Assembly: GCA_964406315.1 (NCBI GenBank)
Contig: CAYORG010000008.1
Span: forward strand, 12,796-76,795
Length of the DNA stretch: 64,000 bases
Origin: an uncultured Bacteroidales bacterium
Lineage (GTDB): Bacteria; Bacteroidota; Bacteroidia; Bacteroidales; UBA10428
Reading direction: 5' to 3'
Each line of letters opens with the position of its first letter. Position 1 is the first letter of the stretch. Under the pieces are notes generated by a model. It had not been told where the DNA came from. It did not search any database and worked only from the letters and a program-made list of their open reading frames with translations. Made by a program: the position numbers and the translations under genes. Shown piece after piece: positions 19,635-29,133 of the stretch.

Positions 19635-20548
19635 TTAGACATTACATCAGGATAGCAAGACCGGATCATTGGTTTAAAAACATTTTTATGCTGCCCGGAA
19701 TAATTATGGGACTTTACTATACAAATTTCACTTTGGAATCGACGTCTGTTGGAATATTGTTGGCAGGAATTTTTGCTACCTGCATGGTAGCTTCTGCCAA
19801 TTATGTTATCAATGAATGGTTGGATACAGAGTTCGATAAATATCATCCCACGAAAAAGGACCGTTCCTCGATAAAAGCTGATTTGAAACCAAAAATTATT
19901 TATACTGAATATACGCTGTTGGCTTTGATCGGTTTAGTTATCAGTTATTTTATCTCAATAGAATTTTTATTAACAGAACTCCTTTTCCTTTTAATGGGGT
20001 TTCTTTACAATGTACCTCCTTTTCGCACCAAAGACAGAACATACCTCGATGTTTTGTCTGAATCGGTAAACAATCCCATTCGCTTTGTTTTGGGATGGTT
20101 GCTGATGGGAATTGCATTCGCTCCACCCTCCAGCATCCTGATCGCATATTGGATGGGTGGCGCTTTTTTAATGGCCACAAAAAGGTTTGCTGAATACCGT
20201 TTTATTTCCGATCCTGTATTAGCCGGTAAATACCGTCGTTCATTCAAATATTATACAGAAGAAAAATTGCTTATTTCTACTGTATTTTATGCTTTATGTT
20301 CATCTTTCTTCCTGGCTATCTTTCTTATTAAACATCGTATTGAATTGCTTATCTCATTTCCTTTTATAGCCATGCTCTTTGCATGGTATCTTCACCTGGG
20401 ATTCGAAAAGGAATCCATCGTTCAAACTCCTGAAAAACTCTATATGAAAAGAGATTTTGTACTCTATACACTTTTCCTGTTTGTTTTGATGATAGTGCTG
20501 TTGAAAATAGATATCCCCGAACTTCATTGGTTTATTAAAAACTATTGA
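19610..20548 (+). CDS. UbiA-family prenyltransferase, decaprenyl-phosphate phosphoribosyltransferase (Rv3806c)-like
   Basis: IRIARPDHWFKNIFML, ASANYVINEWLDTEFDKYHPTKKDR (N-x3-D-x3-D followed by HPTK), NNPIRFVLGW, ATKRFAEY. This parallels RPRQWVKN / NDVRDVEADREHPTKRFRP / GKRYAE of DPPR synthases as I recall them. About 8 TM helices. An alternative start lies at 19631. Confidence 0.75.
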   Translation: MQKEKTTMIRHYIRIARPDHWFKNIFMLPGIIMGLYYTNFTLESTSVGILLAGIFATCMVASANYVINEWLDTEFDKYHPTKKDRSSIKADLKPKIIYTEYTLLALIGLVISYFISIEFLLTELLFLLMGFLYNVPPFRTKDRTYLDVLSESVNNPIRFVLGWLLMGIAFAPPSSILIAYWMGGAFLMATKRFAEYRFISDPVLAGKYRRSFKYYTEEKLLISTVFYALCSSFFLAIFLIKHRIELLISFPFIAMLFAWYLHLGFEKESIVQTPEKLYMKRDFVLYTLFLFVLMIVLLKIDIPELHWFIKNY

Positions 20549-20611
20549 TTTTTTATTTCACCGGTTGAATTCATAAATTAGTGGGCTATTTAACCACAAA
20601 AGCTGAATGTA

Positions 20612-22720
20612 ATGTCTGAATTTTTAAAAGATCCTGAAAAGAAGATTTTTTATGCAGTGGCAGGATTGCTGTTTATACTAATGCCAATTTTAAGCTTAAA
20701 TTCAGGCATTTCCGGTGATGAAGAAACATTCCACTACCCTCATGGAAAAAATGTATTCAATTACTATAAGACACTCGGAAAAGATACTACCTGTTTGCAT
20801 TATAACAACAGTGTACTCCATATGTACGGACCGGTTTTTGACCTTGCAACTGTTGCAGCAATTAAAACAATAAAGCCAAATGACGAATACAAAGTCCGTC
20901 ATATTTTAAATTCTCTGACCGGTTGGGCTGCTATTTTTTTTGCAGGACTTATTGCTGTGATGCTGGGAGGTTGGCGTGCAGGAATTATTACATTGATTTT
21001 TATGTTTTCATCACCAAGGTTTCTTGGTCATTCTTTCAATAATCCAAAAGATATACCCTTTACGGCTGCATATATTTTTACTATATATTGTATTATTCGT
21101 TTTTTAAAATCGTTTCCTGAACGCAGATACAGATTTGCCTGGCCTATTGCTGTTGGAATCGGATTGACTATTGGAGTGAGAGTAGGTGGTATCTTGCTTG
21201 CTATCTATTTTCTGTTTTTTGTGGGCATTCATTACGTATTCACACAGAATTATAAAGATTGGTTTAAAAAGCAGAATCTTCAGAAATTTTTCAGACTGTT
21301 TCTATACGCACTTGTCATTTCTATTGCCGGATATTTTATTGGAATACTTCTTTGGCCATATGCTCATAAAGCTCCGGTGAGTAAAACAATAGAAGCAATG
21401 AGTTACATGGAACAGTATGCAACAAGTTTGCGTCAGGTGTTTGAAGGCAAAATCATTTGGTCTGATCACGTGCCAAAACATTACCTGCCAAAGTATATTT
21501 TTATGACAATTCCGGAGTTCATCATTCTGGGACTAATTGCTTTTTTCGTACTCATGCATAAAATGAAAAAGAAATACGCTACATGGTATTTTATTCTTTT
21601 GTTTGTATCCATTTTCCCGGTATCCTATATTATTTTTAAAGAATCCAATGTGTATGGCGGGTGGCGCCATGTTATGTTTATTTACCCCGGCATAGCTATT
21701 ATTTCTTCCCTGGGGATAAATGAATTGATCAATGTTTTCAAGAAAAGATATCAGCAATTCGTTGTTATTGGTATTCTTACCCTGCTGGCCGTTCTGCCGT
21801 TAAAGCATATTATTAGCAATCACCCGCATGAATACATTTATTACAATGCAATATCAGGAGGAGTAAAAAAAGCATACGGAAAATATGAGATGGACTATTT
21901 CTATCATAGTTTGAAAGCAGCTTCTGATTGGCTTATTAAAAATAAAATTGAAAATGTCACTCCCGGAGAGGGAGAAAAAATTGTGGTAGCATCAAATTTT
22001 AGTGTTCCACTCAACTATTATTTTCGTAACTATAAAGACAAAGTGAAAATTGTCTACATCAGGTATTATGAGCGAGGCAACAGTGATTGGGACTATGCCA
22101 TTATTGCAAATAGTTATATTAATCCTTACCAGCTGAAAAAAAACAAATGGCCGCCGGTTAACACGATCAAAACAATAGATGTCGATGGCAAACCCATAAA
22201 TGCTATTCTTGAAAGAACTGATCATTCGGATTTTGAAGGTTATCAATTGATGTCCAGTGGTAATTCCGCAGCAGCAATTCCATTTTTCCAAACTGCAATA
22301 AGAAAGGACAAAAATTATGAAATGGTTTATTATAATCTTTCACAGGCATATTTGAATACAAACGAATATGATAAGGCTTTACAGGCTATCTCAAAATGTC
22401 TGAAATTATATCCTGATTATGACCGCGGATTGAATTTGCTTGGTATGATCTATCTTAACAAAAAAGAGTATAACAATGCCATGCAGGTATTTAGAAAAAA
22501 TATGAAAGAAAATCCAAAGTATGTTATTTCAATTTATTATCTGGGAGTAATTTATGCCCAGAATAATGACTATAACACAGCTTTAAAATACCTCGAAAAG
22601 TCAATTGAAGTAAACTCAAGATACAAACCTGCTTATTATTTGATTGCCAGAATTTATGAGTTGCAGGGCAAAAATGATCTTGCCAAAAGGTATATAAAGT
22701 ATGCGAATTCTCTTCCATAA
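20612..22720 (+). CDS. GT-C fold (PMT_2/ArnT-like, GT39/83-type) glycosyltransferase fused to C-terminal TPR repeats
   Basis: About 11 TM helices with an acidic first-loop motif SGDEETFHYPHG and NNPKDIPF. A soluble domain is followed by at least 4 TPR units (YNLSQAYLNTNEYDKALQAISKCLKLYPDY..., LGMIYLNKKEYNNAMQVF..., LGVIYAQNNDYNTALKYLEKSIEVN..., IARIYELQGKNDLAKRYI). Confidence 0.75.
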   Translation: MSEFLKDPEKKIFYAVAGLLFILMPILSLNSGISGDEETFHYPHGKNVFNYYKTLGKDTTCLHYNNSVLHMYGPVFDLATVAAIKTIKPNDEYKVRHILNSLTGWAAIFFAGLIAVMLGGWRAGIITLIFMFSSPRFLGHSFNNPKDIPFTAAYIFTIYCIIRFLKSFPERRYRFAWPIAVGIGLTIGVRVGGILLAIYFLFFVGIHYVFTQNYKDWFKKQNLQKFFRLFLYALVISIAGYFIGILLWPYAHKAPVSKTIEAMSYMEQYATSLRQVFEGKIIWSDHVPKHYLPKYIFMTIPEFIILGLIAFFVLMHKMKKKYATWYFILLFVSIFPVSYIIFKESNVYGGWRHVMFIYPGIAIISSLGINELINVFKKRYQQFVVIGILTLLAVLPLKHIISNHPHEYIYYNAISGGVKKAYGKYEMDYFYHSLKAASDWLIKNKIENVTPGEGEKIVVASNFSVPLNYYFRNYKDKVKIVYIRYYERGNSDWDYAIIANSYINPYQLKKNKWPPVNTIKTIDVDGKPINAILERTDHSDFEGYQLMSSGNSAAAIPFFQTAIRKDKNYEMVYYNLSQAYLNTNEYDKALQAISKCLKLYPDYDRGLNLLGMIYLNKKEYNNAMQVFRKNMKENPKYVISIYYLGVIYAQNNDYNTALKYLEKSIEVNSRYKPAYYLIARIYELQGKNDLAKRYIKYANSLP

Positions 22721-22800
22721 TGCTCTCTGGATTATGCGTTATAAATTTTCAAATCATTTTGATATCAGATACGTTTTCACTGTTTGTTTCGTTTATATCC

Positions 22801-22851
22801 TAACCTGCTCTATTCAAAAATCCACAGTTAAATCCGTGTCAGAGCAGGTTA
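22801..22851. other. Hairpin 1: 11-12 bp stem TAACCTGCTCT(G) with a ~27-nt loop
   Basis: 22801-22811 pairs with 22840-22851 (CAGAGCAGGTTA). Confidence 0.5.
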
Positions 22852-22853
22852 AC

Positions 22854-22904
22854 ACGATTTAGTTACACTTATTTTTTGCAAAAAAGTTAGTGTAACTAAA
22901 TCGT
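22854..22904. terminator. Near-perfect 51-nt palindrome, a possible bidirectional terminator or protein-binding site
   Basis: ACGATTTAGTTACACT...AGTGTAACTAAATCGT forms a 16-bp perfect stem. The apex TTTTTTGCAAAAAA is itself self-complementary. Confidence 0.5.
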
Positions 22905-22966
22905 AAACAGTTTAATAAATGAATTTTATGATATTTTTAAGGTAAATCAATGAGAATATATAGTAT

Positions 22967-22974
22967 TATCTTTG
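22967..22974 (+). promoter_or_regulatory. -7 box TATCTTTG upstream of the PASTA gene
   Basis: Exact TAnnTTTG, 24 nt before the ATG at 22998. Confidence 0.45.
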
Positions 22975-22997
22975 TCCGGTTATCCAAGTGAATTCAT

Positions 22998-23888
22998 ATG
23001 AATAATTTTTTACACTATTTGCGAAGCAGGATATTTATTAAAAACTTACTCCTGGCAATTGGTTTGGCCATTACTCTTTTAATTGTCCTGCTTTTGTTTT
23101 TGCGTATCTATACACATCATGGAAGGAGTATTGCCATTCCGGATTTTTCAGATCTACCTGTGGAAGATGCAGGAAAATACATTGCGAAACGAAAACTCAG
23201 ATACGAAATTCTTGATTCCGTTTATGTAGCTGAAAAAGATGGAGGGATTATTGTTGATCAATATCCGAGACCAGGATCTTTGGTTAAGAAGAACCGGAAA
23301 ATCTATTTTACAATCAATGCACATTCGCCCGAAAAAATACTCATGCCTGATTTGGTAGGTATAACCTTGCGTGAAGCCAGAACAAAAATTGAAATTGCAG
23401 GTCTGAAAATCGGGAAACTTATATACCGATATGATATGGCAATTAATGTTGTTCTTGAACAACACTTAAATGGTGAACCAATAGAAGCCGGAGATACAGT
23501 GCCCAAGGGAATATCAGTTGATTTGATTCTTGGTAAAGGACTGGCCAACGAAAGATCCATGGTGCCCAATCTCATTGGACTTTCAGTTGAAGAAGCCAAA
23601 AATAAAGCAGCAGATGCATTGTTTACCATCAGCACGGCCATCCCCGATAACAGCATTATAAATAATGATACCATTACTCCTTTTATTTTCAGGCAACATC
23701 CGGTCAGAGCAGAAAATGTCCGGGTGCCATTAGGTACTCAGATAACCTTGTGGATTACCATTGATTCAACAAAATTATCAGGAGAAGGAATCACTGATAG
23801 CACAATCGTTTGGGATAATGCAAAAAATACAAATGATGATTATGAAGATGTTGAAGAAGACACTTACTCTGACGATTATATTTATTAA
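22998..23888 (+). CDS. Stand-alone PASTA-domain membrane protein
   Basis: N-terminal TM helix (LLLAIGLAITLLIVLLLFL), then three PASTA-like units (IPDFSDLPVEDAGKYIAKRKL..., MPDLVGITLREARTKIEIAGLKIG..., VPNLIGLSVEEAKNKAADALF...). Acidic tail. Confidence 0.8.
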   Translation: MNNFLHYLRSRIFIKNLLLAIGLAITLLIVLLLFLRIYTHHGRSIAIPDFSDLPVEDAGKYIAKRKLRYEILDSVYVAEKDGGIIVDQYPRPGSLVKKNRKIYFTINAHSPEKILMPDLVGITLREARTKIEIAGLKIGKLIYRYDMAINVVLEQHLNGEPIEAGDTVPKGISVDLILGKGLANERSMVPNLIGLSVEEAKNKAADALFTISTAIPDNSIINNDTITPFIFRQHPVRAENVRVPLGTQITLWITIDSTKLSGEGITDSTIVWDNAKNTNDDYEDVEEDTYSDDYIY

Positions 23889-25761
23889 TATCTTACCCTC
23901 ATCCGGTCAGATAATCAGAAGCCTGGATTTTAACCATGCCGTTATGGAAGCCAGTGAAAAAAAGAATGTGCTGACTATAAAAGCCATATCCTCTGATACA
24001 ATATTTTTCGAGGATGAGTTTTTTGAAGATTTTTCTTCATATCATTATGAAGTCTTCCCCAAAACCGAAGTGTGGGCCGACCAATATGCATGTATTAATT
24101 CAACATACGCAGATTCAATGATCAGCCTGGGAGTTGCAACCCTGGATGCATACGATCAAAAGGGATACCCCTATTACTCTTCTCTCAAAACAATAACTCA
24201 TGGCGATACACTTACATCCCAGATGTTTATATTCAATGACCCATCAACTGATTCTTTGGTATTCAGTTTCTTTTACCAGTGCGGGGGAAAAGTATCCGGA
24301 CCGGAAATAAACGATTCCCTGATCCTTGATTTTTTTGATGCAAATGATTCCTTGTGGTGTAAGGCGTTTTACCTGCTGGGAGGTGAACAAATGCATGCCT
24401 TTAAACAAGTGATTATTCCAATTGAAGATTCTCTGATCCAGGATGGTTTCCGCTTCCGGTTCAGAAATTATGTCTCCCTTGCGCTGGAAAATATCCCGGG
24501 AGAAGATTATGGCAAATACAGCAATGCAGATCAGTGGCATTTGGATTATATACAAATCAAATCAGTGAAAGACACTGCAGAATTAAAACTCATTAACGAT
24601 ATGACCATTGTAAAGCCACTGATGTCCTCTCTGGTTGGATATACAAGCGTTCCATATCATCACTATGCCCTTGCTGCAAATGTAATAGAACGAAAAACCA
24701 TGCCCATTTCATATAGAACCATATTTCCGATGCAGGAAGAAATAATATCGCTCGTAAGATATTATTCTTCCTATGACATTTTAAAAAATAAACAACTGAG
24801 AGATCTTCAGTATGATGAAAATATTGCTCCTTACGCCTATTTCAATGAAGCTGAATTTTTTACATCCGGATATACATATGATAAAAATGATAGTATAGCA
24901 GAAATTGAACTTATGGCAGTTATCCAGGCTCAGGCAATTGATCAGAAACTGGTAAATGATACAGCAAAAAGAAAAGAAATTTATCATGATCATTATGCTT
25001 ACGATGACGGTACCGCTGAACTCGGCCTGGGCATTGCCGGCGAATATCAGAATCTTAACAGGATAGCAGTCCTTTTCAGAGTATACAAACAAAGTAACGA
25101 TCCGGATAACCTGGAAGCCATATTAATTTACTTTAACAAAAGTATAAATGATTATACCAGCCAGTCAGAATATAAGATTTCCATCCGCAAAAACGATGGA
25201 ATATACCCTGCAAGTGATACATTGTATACTTCCAAAGGATACTTTCCTGATTATTCTGTCAGACTAAATGAATTTACACGAATAGAACTGAATAGACCTG
25301 TGTCTCTTTCAGATACATTTTTTATCGTAATTGAACAACTTGATAGTTATTTAAATATTGGATATGATATCAACAATGATAGCCGGGATAAGATCTTTTT
25401 TTATACTAATACCGGTCAGGGTTGGCAAAACTCCGTTTCGTTGCCGGCAGGATCCCTGATGATAAGACCATCTTTCGGAAAATATACTCTTCCTCATACC
25501 AGAACCAAAATCATTGATAAATCTGATAACCTTAAAATATATCCAAATCCGGCAAAAGATATTTTGTATCTTGATTTACCGGAAGAATACATCAACTCTT
25601 ATACTATTAAGATATACAATATTATGGGAGTTATGCTTGTGAATTCCTGTTCTGAAAGAAATTCCATTGATATTTCCGGCCTGGATAAAGGACTATACCT
25701 ACTTCAGCTGACCTCAGAAGATAAGAAAATGAATCTCACAACAAAATTCATCAAAGAATAA
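23842..25761 (+). CDS. Secreted protein of unknown function with T9SS C-terminal sorting domain
   Basis: Signal-like MKMLKKTLTLTIIFINILPSSGQ (start chosen at 23842, overlapping the PASTA gene by 47 nt; the start is uncertain). C-terminus KIYPNPAKDILYLDL...GLYLLQLTSEDKKMNLTTKFIKE is a type A CTD. Confidence 0.65.
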   Translation: MKMLKKTLTLTIIFINILPSSGQIIRSLDFNHAVMEASEKKNVLTIKAISSDTIFFEDEFFEDFSSYHYEVFPKTEVWADQYACINSTYADSMISLGVATLDAYDQKGYPYYSSLKTITHGDTLTSQMFIFNDPSTDSLVFSFFYQCGGKVSGPEINDSLILDFFDANDSLWCKAFYLLGGEQMHAFKQVIIPIEDSLIQDGFRFRFRNYVSLALENIPGEDYGKYSNADQWHLDYIQIKSVKDTAELKLINDMTIVKPLMSSLVGYTSVPYHHYALAANVIERKTMPISYRTIFPMQEEIISLVRYYSSYDILKNKQLRDLQYDENIAPYAYFNEAEFFTSGYTYDKNDSIAEIELMAVIQAQAIDQKLVNDTAKRKEIYHDHYAYDDGTAELGLGIAGEYQNLNRIAVLFRVYKQSNDPDNLEAILIYFNKSINDYTSQSEYKISIRKNDGIYPASDTLYTSKGYFPDYSVRLNEFTRIELNRPVSLSDTFFIVIEQLDSYLNIGYDINNDSRDKIFFYTNTGQGWQNSVSLPAGSLMIRPSFGKYTLPHTRTKIIDKSDNLKIYPNPAKDILYLDLPEEYINSYTIKIYNIMGVMLVNSCSERNSIDISGLDKGLYLLQLTSEDKKMNLTTKFIKE

Positions 25762-25767
25762 GTTGCC

Positions 25768-26808
25768 TTGAGACCAGTGGAACAAACAGATAATGAGGAA
25801 AATAATGAGTTGTTTGAGCATCATCGATTTGTTGCCGATAAACGCCAGAGTTTACTGAGAATTGATAAGTTTTTATTTGACAAACTTGAACATATATCCC
25901 GGACAAAGATTCAATCTGCTGCCCAGGCAAATTGTCTGCTGGTAAATGAAAAACCGGTAAAAGCCAATTACAAAGTCAAACCCGGAGATACGATATCGGT
26001 TGTTCTTCCTCATCCGCCTCATGAGTTTGAACTGGTGCCTGAAAACATCCCTGTCGATATTATTTATGAAGACGATGATCTGCTGGTGGTTAATAAGCAG
26101 GCCGGAATGGTTGTCCATCCCGGTCATGGTAACTATACCGGCACATTGGTAAATGCCCTTGCATATCATCTTAAGGATTCCAGTCTGTTCAAAAAGGAAG
26201 AGATGAGACCGGGACTTGTGCACAGAATAGACAAAAATACATCCGGATTGCTCGTTATTGCTAAAAATGAATTTGCACTAAGTCATCTGGCAAAACAATT
26301 TTTTAACAAAACGACGGAAAGAAAATACATTGCTTTGGTATGGGGAAGTTTTAACAAGAAAGAAGGTACAATAGAGGGAAACATTGGCAGGAATCCAAAA
26401 GACAGGGTAAAAATGTACGTGTTCCCTGGCGGAGAAGACGGCAAGTCAGCTGTTACACATTTCAGGCTTATTGAGTCTTTCGACTATGTCAGTCTTATCG
26501 AATGCAAGCTTGAAACCGGGCGTACCCATCAAATCAGAGTTCATATGTCGTACATCGGACACCCGGTATTTAATGACGACTGGTATGGAGGAGATAAGAT
26601 CTTGAAAGGAACTACTTTCAGTAAATACAAACAGTTCATTCAAAACTGCTTTGCAGCTATGCCACGGCATGCCTTACATGCAAAAACATTAAAATTCACC
26701 CACCCGAAAACAGGCAAGGAAATGTTTTTTGAATCTGATCTGCCGGAAGATATGCAGGAAGTTATTGAAAAATGGCGTAAATATACAGGTTCAAGAACTG
26801 AGTTCTAG
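25768..26808 (+). CDS. rluD: RluA-family 23S rRNA pseudouridine synthase (RluD-like)
   Basis: S4 domain (RIDKFLFDKLEHISRTKIQSAAQANCLLVNEKPVKANYKV) and catalytic HRIDKNTSGLLVIAK, GRTHQIRVH. Apparent TTG start. Confidence 0.85.
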   Translation: MRPVEQTDNEENNELFEHHRFVADKRQSLLRIDKFLFDKLEHISRTKIQSAAQANCLLVNEKPVKANYKVKPGDTISVVLPHPPHEFELVPENIPVDIIYEDDDLLVVNKQAGMVVHPGHGNYTGTLVNALAYHLKDSSLFKKEEMRPGLVHRIDKNTSGLLVIAKNEFALSHLAKQFFNKTTERKYIALVWGSFNKKEGTIEGNIGRNPKDRVKMYVFPGGEDGKSAVTHFRLIESFDYVSLIECKLETGRTHQIRVHMSYIGHPVFNDDWYGGDKILKGTTFSKYKQFIQNCFAAMPRHALHAKTLKFTHPKTGKEMFFESDLPEDMQEVIEKWRKYTGSRTEF

Positions 26809-26873
26809 GATAGATTCTTTAACAATACTATGAATTTAAGTTTTGTTCTGTGAATCTTATCGATCCAGAACTT

Positions 26874-26881
26874 TATCTTTG
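26874..26881 (+). promoter_or_regulatory. -7 box TATCTTTG upstream of era
   Basis: Exact TAnnTTTG, 25 nt before the ATG at 26906. This supports the shorter era start. Confidence 0.45.
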
Positions 26882-26905
26882 CAACAGGATTTATTATTCA
26901 ACTGC

Positions 26906-27787
26906 ATGCATAAATCGGGATTTGTAAATATTATCGGGAATCCAAACGTCGGGAAATCAACATTGATGAATGCTTTGGTTGGAGAACGCCTATCGATTAT
27001 TACATCCAAAGCGCAAACCACCAGGCATAGGATTTTGGGCATTGTGAATGGCAAAGATTTCCAGATTGTATACTCCGACACTCCCGGAATTCTGAAACCA
27101 AATTACCAGCTGCAGGAATCGATGGCCAAGTTTGTAAATTCTGCTTTTATTGATGCCGATATCCTGCTATATGTAACGGATGTAATTGAAGAATCAGAAA
27201 AAAACAAAGCGTATTTATCGAGATTGGGAAAGTCCAGGGTACCTGTTTTGATACTTATAAATAAGATCGATCTGGTAGACAATTCCAAAATCGGGCAATT
27301 GGTGGATGTATGGCATAAATTGATACCCAATGCAGAAATTCTGCCTGTATCAGCACTGAAAAAAACCAATCTAAGTCTGTTGTTTGATAAAATATTGTCA
27401 TTATTGCCTGAGGGTCCTGAATATTATCCCAAGAATGAACTCACTGACCGCTCTGAACGATTTTTTATTTCTGAGATGATCAGGGAAAAAATTTTTCTGA
27501 ACTACCGGAAAGAAATACCTTATTCAGTTGAAGTTGGGGTAGAGTCCTTCAAAGAAGAAAAAGACATTGTACATATCAGGGCAAATATTTTTGTGTTACG
27601 GGACTCCCAAAAAGGCATTCTTATCGGCCATAAAGGCAATTCGCTAAAAAAAATCGGTACAGAAGCAAGGAAAGATATTGAAGGCTTCCTGAACAAAAAG
27701 GTATATCTTGAACTGTATGTAAAAGTCAATAAAGACTGGAGAGATCAAAAATCAAAACTCAGACAGTTTGGATATGATAATATCTGA
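26906..27787 (+). CDS. era: GTPase Era
   Basis: [51 protein letters not shown], and a C-terminal KH domain. Confidence 0.95.
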   Translation: MHKSGFVNIIGNPNVGKSTLMNALVGERLSIITSKAQTTRHRILGIVNGKDFQIVYSDTPGILKPNYQLQESMAKFVNSAFIDADILLYVTDVIEESEKNKAYLSRLGKSRVPVLILINKIDLVDNSKIGQLVDVWHKLIPNAEILPVSALKKTNLSLLFDKILSLLPEGPEYYPKNELTDRSERFFISEMIREKIFLNYRKEIPYSVEVGVESFKEEKDIVHIRANIFVLRDSQKGILIGHKGNSLKKIGTEARKDIEGFLNKKVYLELYVKVNKDWRDQKSKLRQFGYDNI

Positions 27788-27823
27788 GAGAAATTGTAAA
27801 TTCATATTTAGCAAAATTTAAAC

Positions 27824-29128
27824 GTGGGAAATATTGTTGCCATAGTTGGACGTCCGAATGTTGGAAAATCGACACTTTTTAACAGGTTAACCGAAACCCG
27901 GAGTGCAATTGTCGACGAAGTGGAAGGAGTAACCCGTGACAGACAATACGGAAAGGCCATCTGGAATGGAGTGGAATTTTCTGTTATTGATACCGGAGGT
28001 TACATTAACAAATCCTCTAACATTTTTGAGGAAGAAATCCGCAAACAGGTCATTCTTGCGATTGAAGAATCAGATTCGATTCTTTTTATGGTGGATACCC
28101 ATATTGGTATTACTGATCTTGACGAAATTGTAACCGGTCTTCTGCGGAAGATAAAAAAGCCAGTTTTGCTTGTGGCTAATAAAGTTGATACAAATGAAAT
28201 GCAATACAATGCCCAGGAGTTTTATAAGTTTGGATTTGGCGATTTGTATTGTGTCTCCTCCATTAATGGCAGTGGAACAGGCGATCTCCTGGATGCCCTT
28301 GTTGCCACCTTTAAAAAAACTAGTGAAGAAACAGAAGAAGATCTTCCGAAATATGCAATTGTTGGCAGACCTAATGTCGGTAAATCTTCCTTATTGAACG
28401 CCCTGATCAACGAAGAACGACATATTGTAACACCAATTTCAGGAACTACACGCGACTCTGTGTATACAAGATACAATAAGTTCAGCTACAATTTCTACCT
28501 TGTTGATACCGCCGGCTTGCGTAAAAAAGGAAAAGTACATGAAGATATTGAATACTATTCTATTATCCGATCTGTGCGTGCAATTGAAAACTCAGATGTA
28601 TGCCTGCTTTTAATAGATGCAACCCTTGGCCTTGAATCTCAGGATCTAAATATACTGGATCTTATTTTACGAAATAATAAAGGAGTGGTCATTTTAATCA
28701 ATAAATGGGATATTGTTGAGAAAGAAACAAACTCAGCCCGAGATTATGAAAAGAAAATACGTGCAAGAATAGCCCCCTTTACGAATGTCCCTGTTATTTT
28801 CACTTCTGCATTAACAAAACTCAGAATTCATAAAGTGCTTGAAACTGCGATCAGTGTTTATGAAAACAGAAAAAGAAGAATTTCAACCTCTGATTTGAAC
28901 AGAACAATGGGTAAGGCCATCGATCAGTTTCCTCCGCCTTCAGTAAAAGGCAAATACATTCGAATTAAATACGTAACTCAACTGCCCAATAAAACTCCCT
29001 GTTTTGCGTTTTTTTGTAATCTACCACAGTATGTTAAAGAGCCTTATAAGAGATTTCTTGAAAATAAATTACGTGAAAACTATAACTTTACAGGAGTTCC
29101 TATCAGGATTTTTATGCGAAAAAAATAA
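27824..29128 (+). CDS. der: Ribosome-biogenesis GTPase Der (EngA)
   Basis: Two G domains ([14 protein letters not shown] and [14 protein letters not shown]) plus a KH-like C-terminus. GTG start. Confidence 0.95.
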   Translation: MGNIVAIVGRPNVGKSTLFNRLTETRSAIVDEVEGVTRDRQYGKAIWNGVEFSVIDTGGYINKSSNIFEEEIRKQVILAIEESDSILFMVDTHIGITDLDEIVTGLLRKIKKPVLLVANKVDTNEMQYNAQEFYKFGFGDLYCVSSINGSGTGDLLDALVATFKKTSEETEEDLPKYAIVGRPNVGKSSLLNALINEERHIVTPISGTTRDSVYTRYNKFSYNFYLVDTAGLRKKGKVHEDIEYYSIIRSVRAIENSDVCLLLIDATLGLESQDLNILDLILRNNKGVVILINKWDIVEKETNSARDYEKKIRARIAPFTNVPVIFTSALTKLRIHKVLETAISVYENRKRRISTSDLNRTMGKAIDQFPPPSVKGKYIRIKYVTQLPNKTPCFAFFCNLPQYVKEPYKRFLENKLRENYNFTGVPIRIFMRKK

Positions 29129-29133
29129 CTGCT

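Noticed and set aside
22720-22803. 27-aa hydrophobic ORF (MLSGLCVINFQIILISDTFSLFVSFIS) starting on the GT-C stop codon
   Set aside because: It is too short, has no supporting motif, and is most likely a chance ORF in the intergenic spacer.
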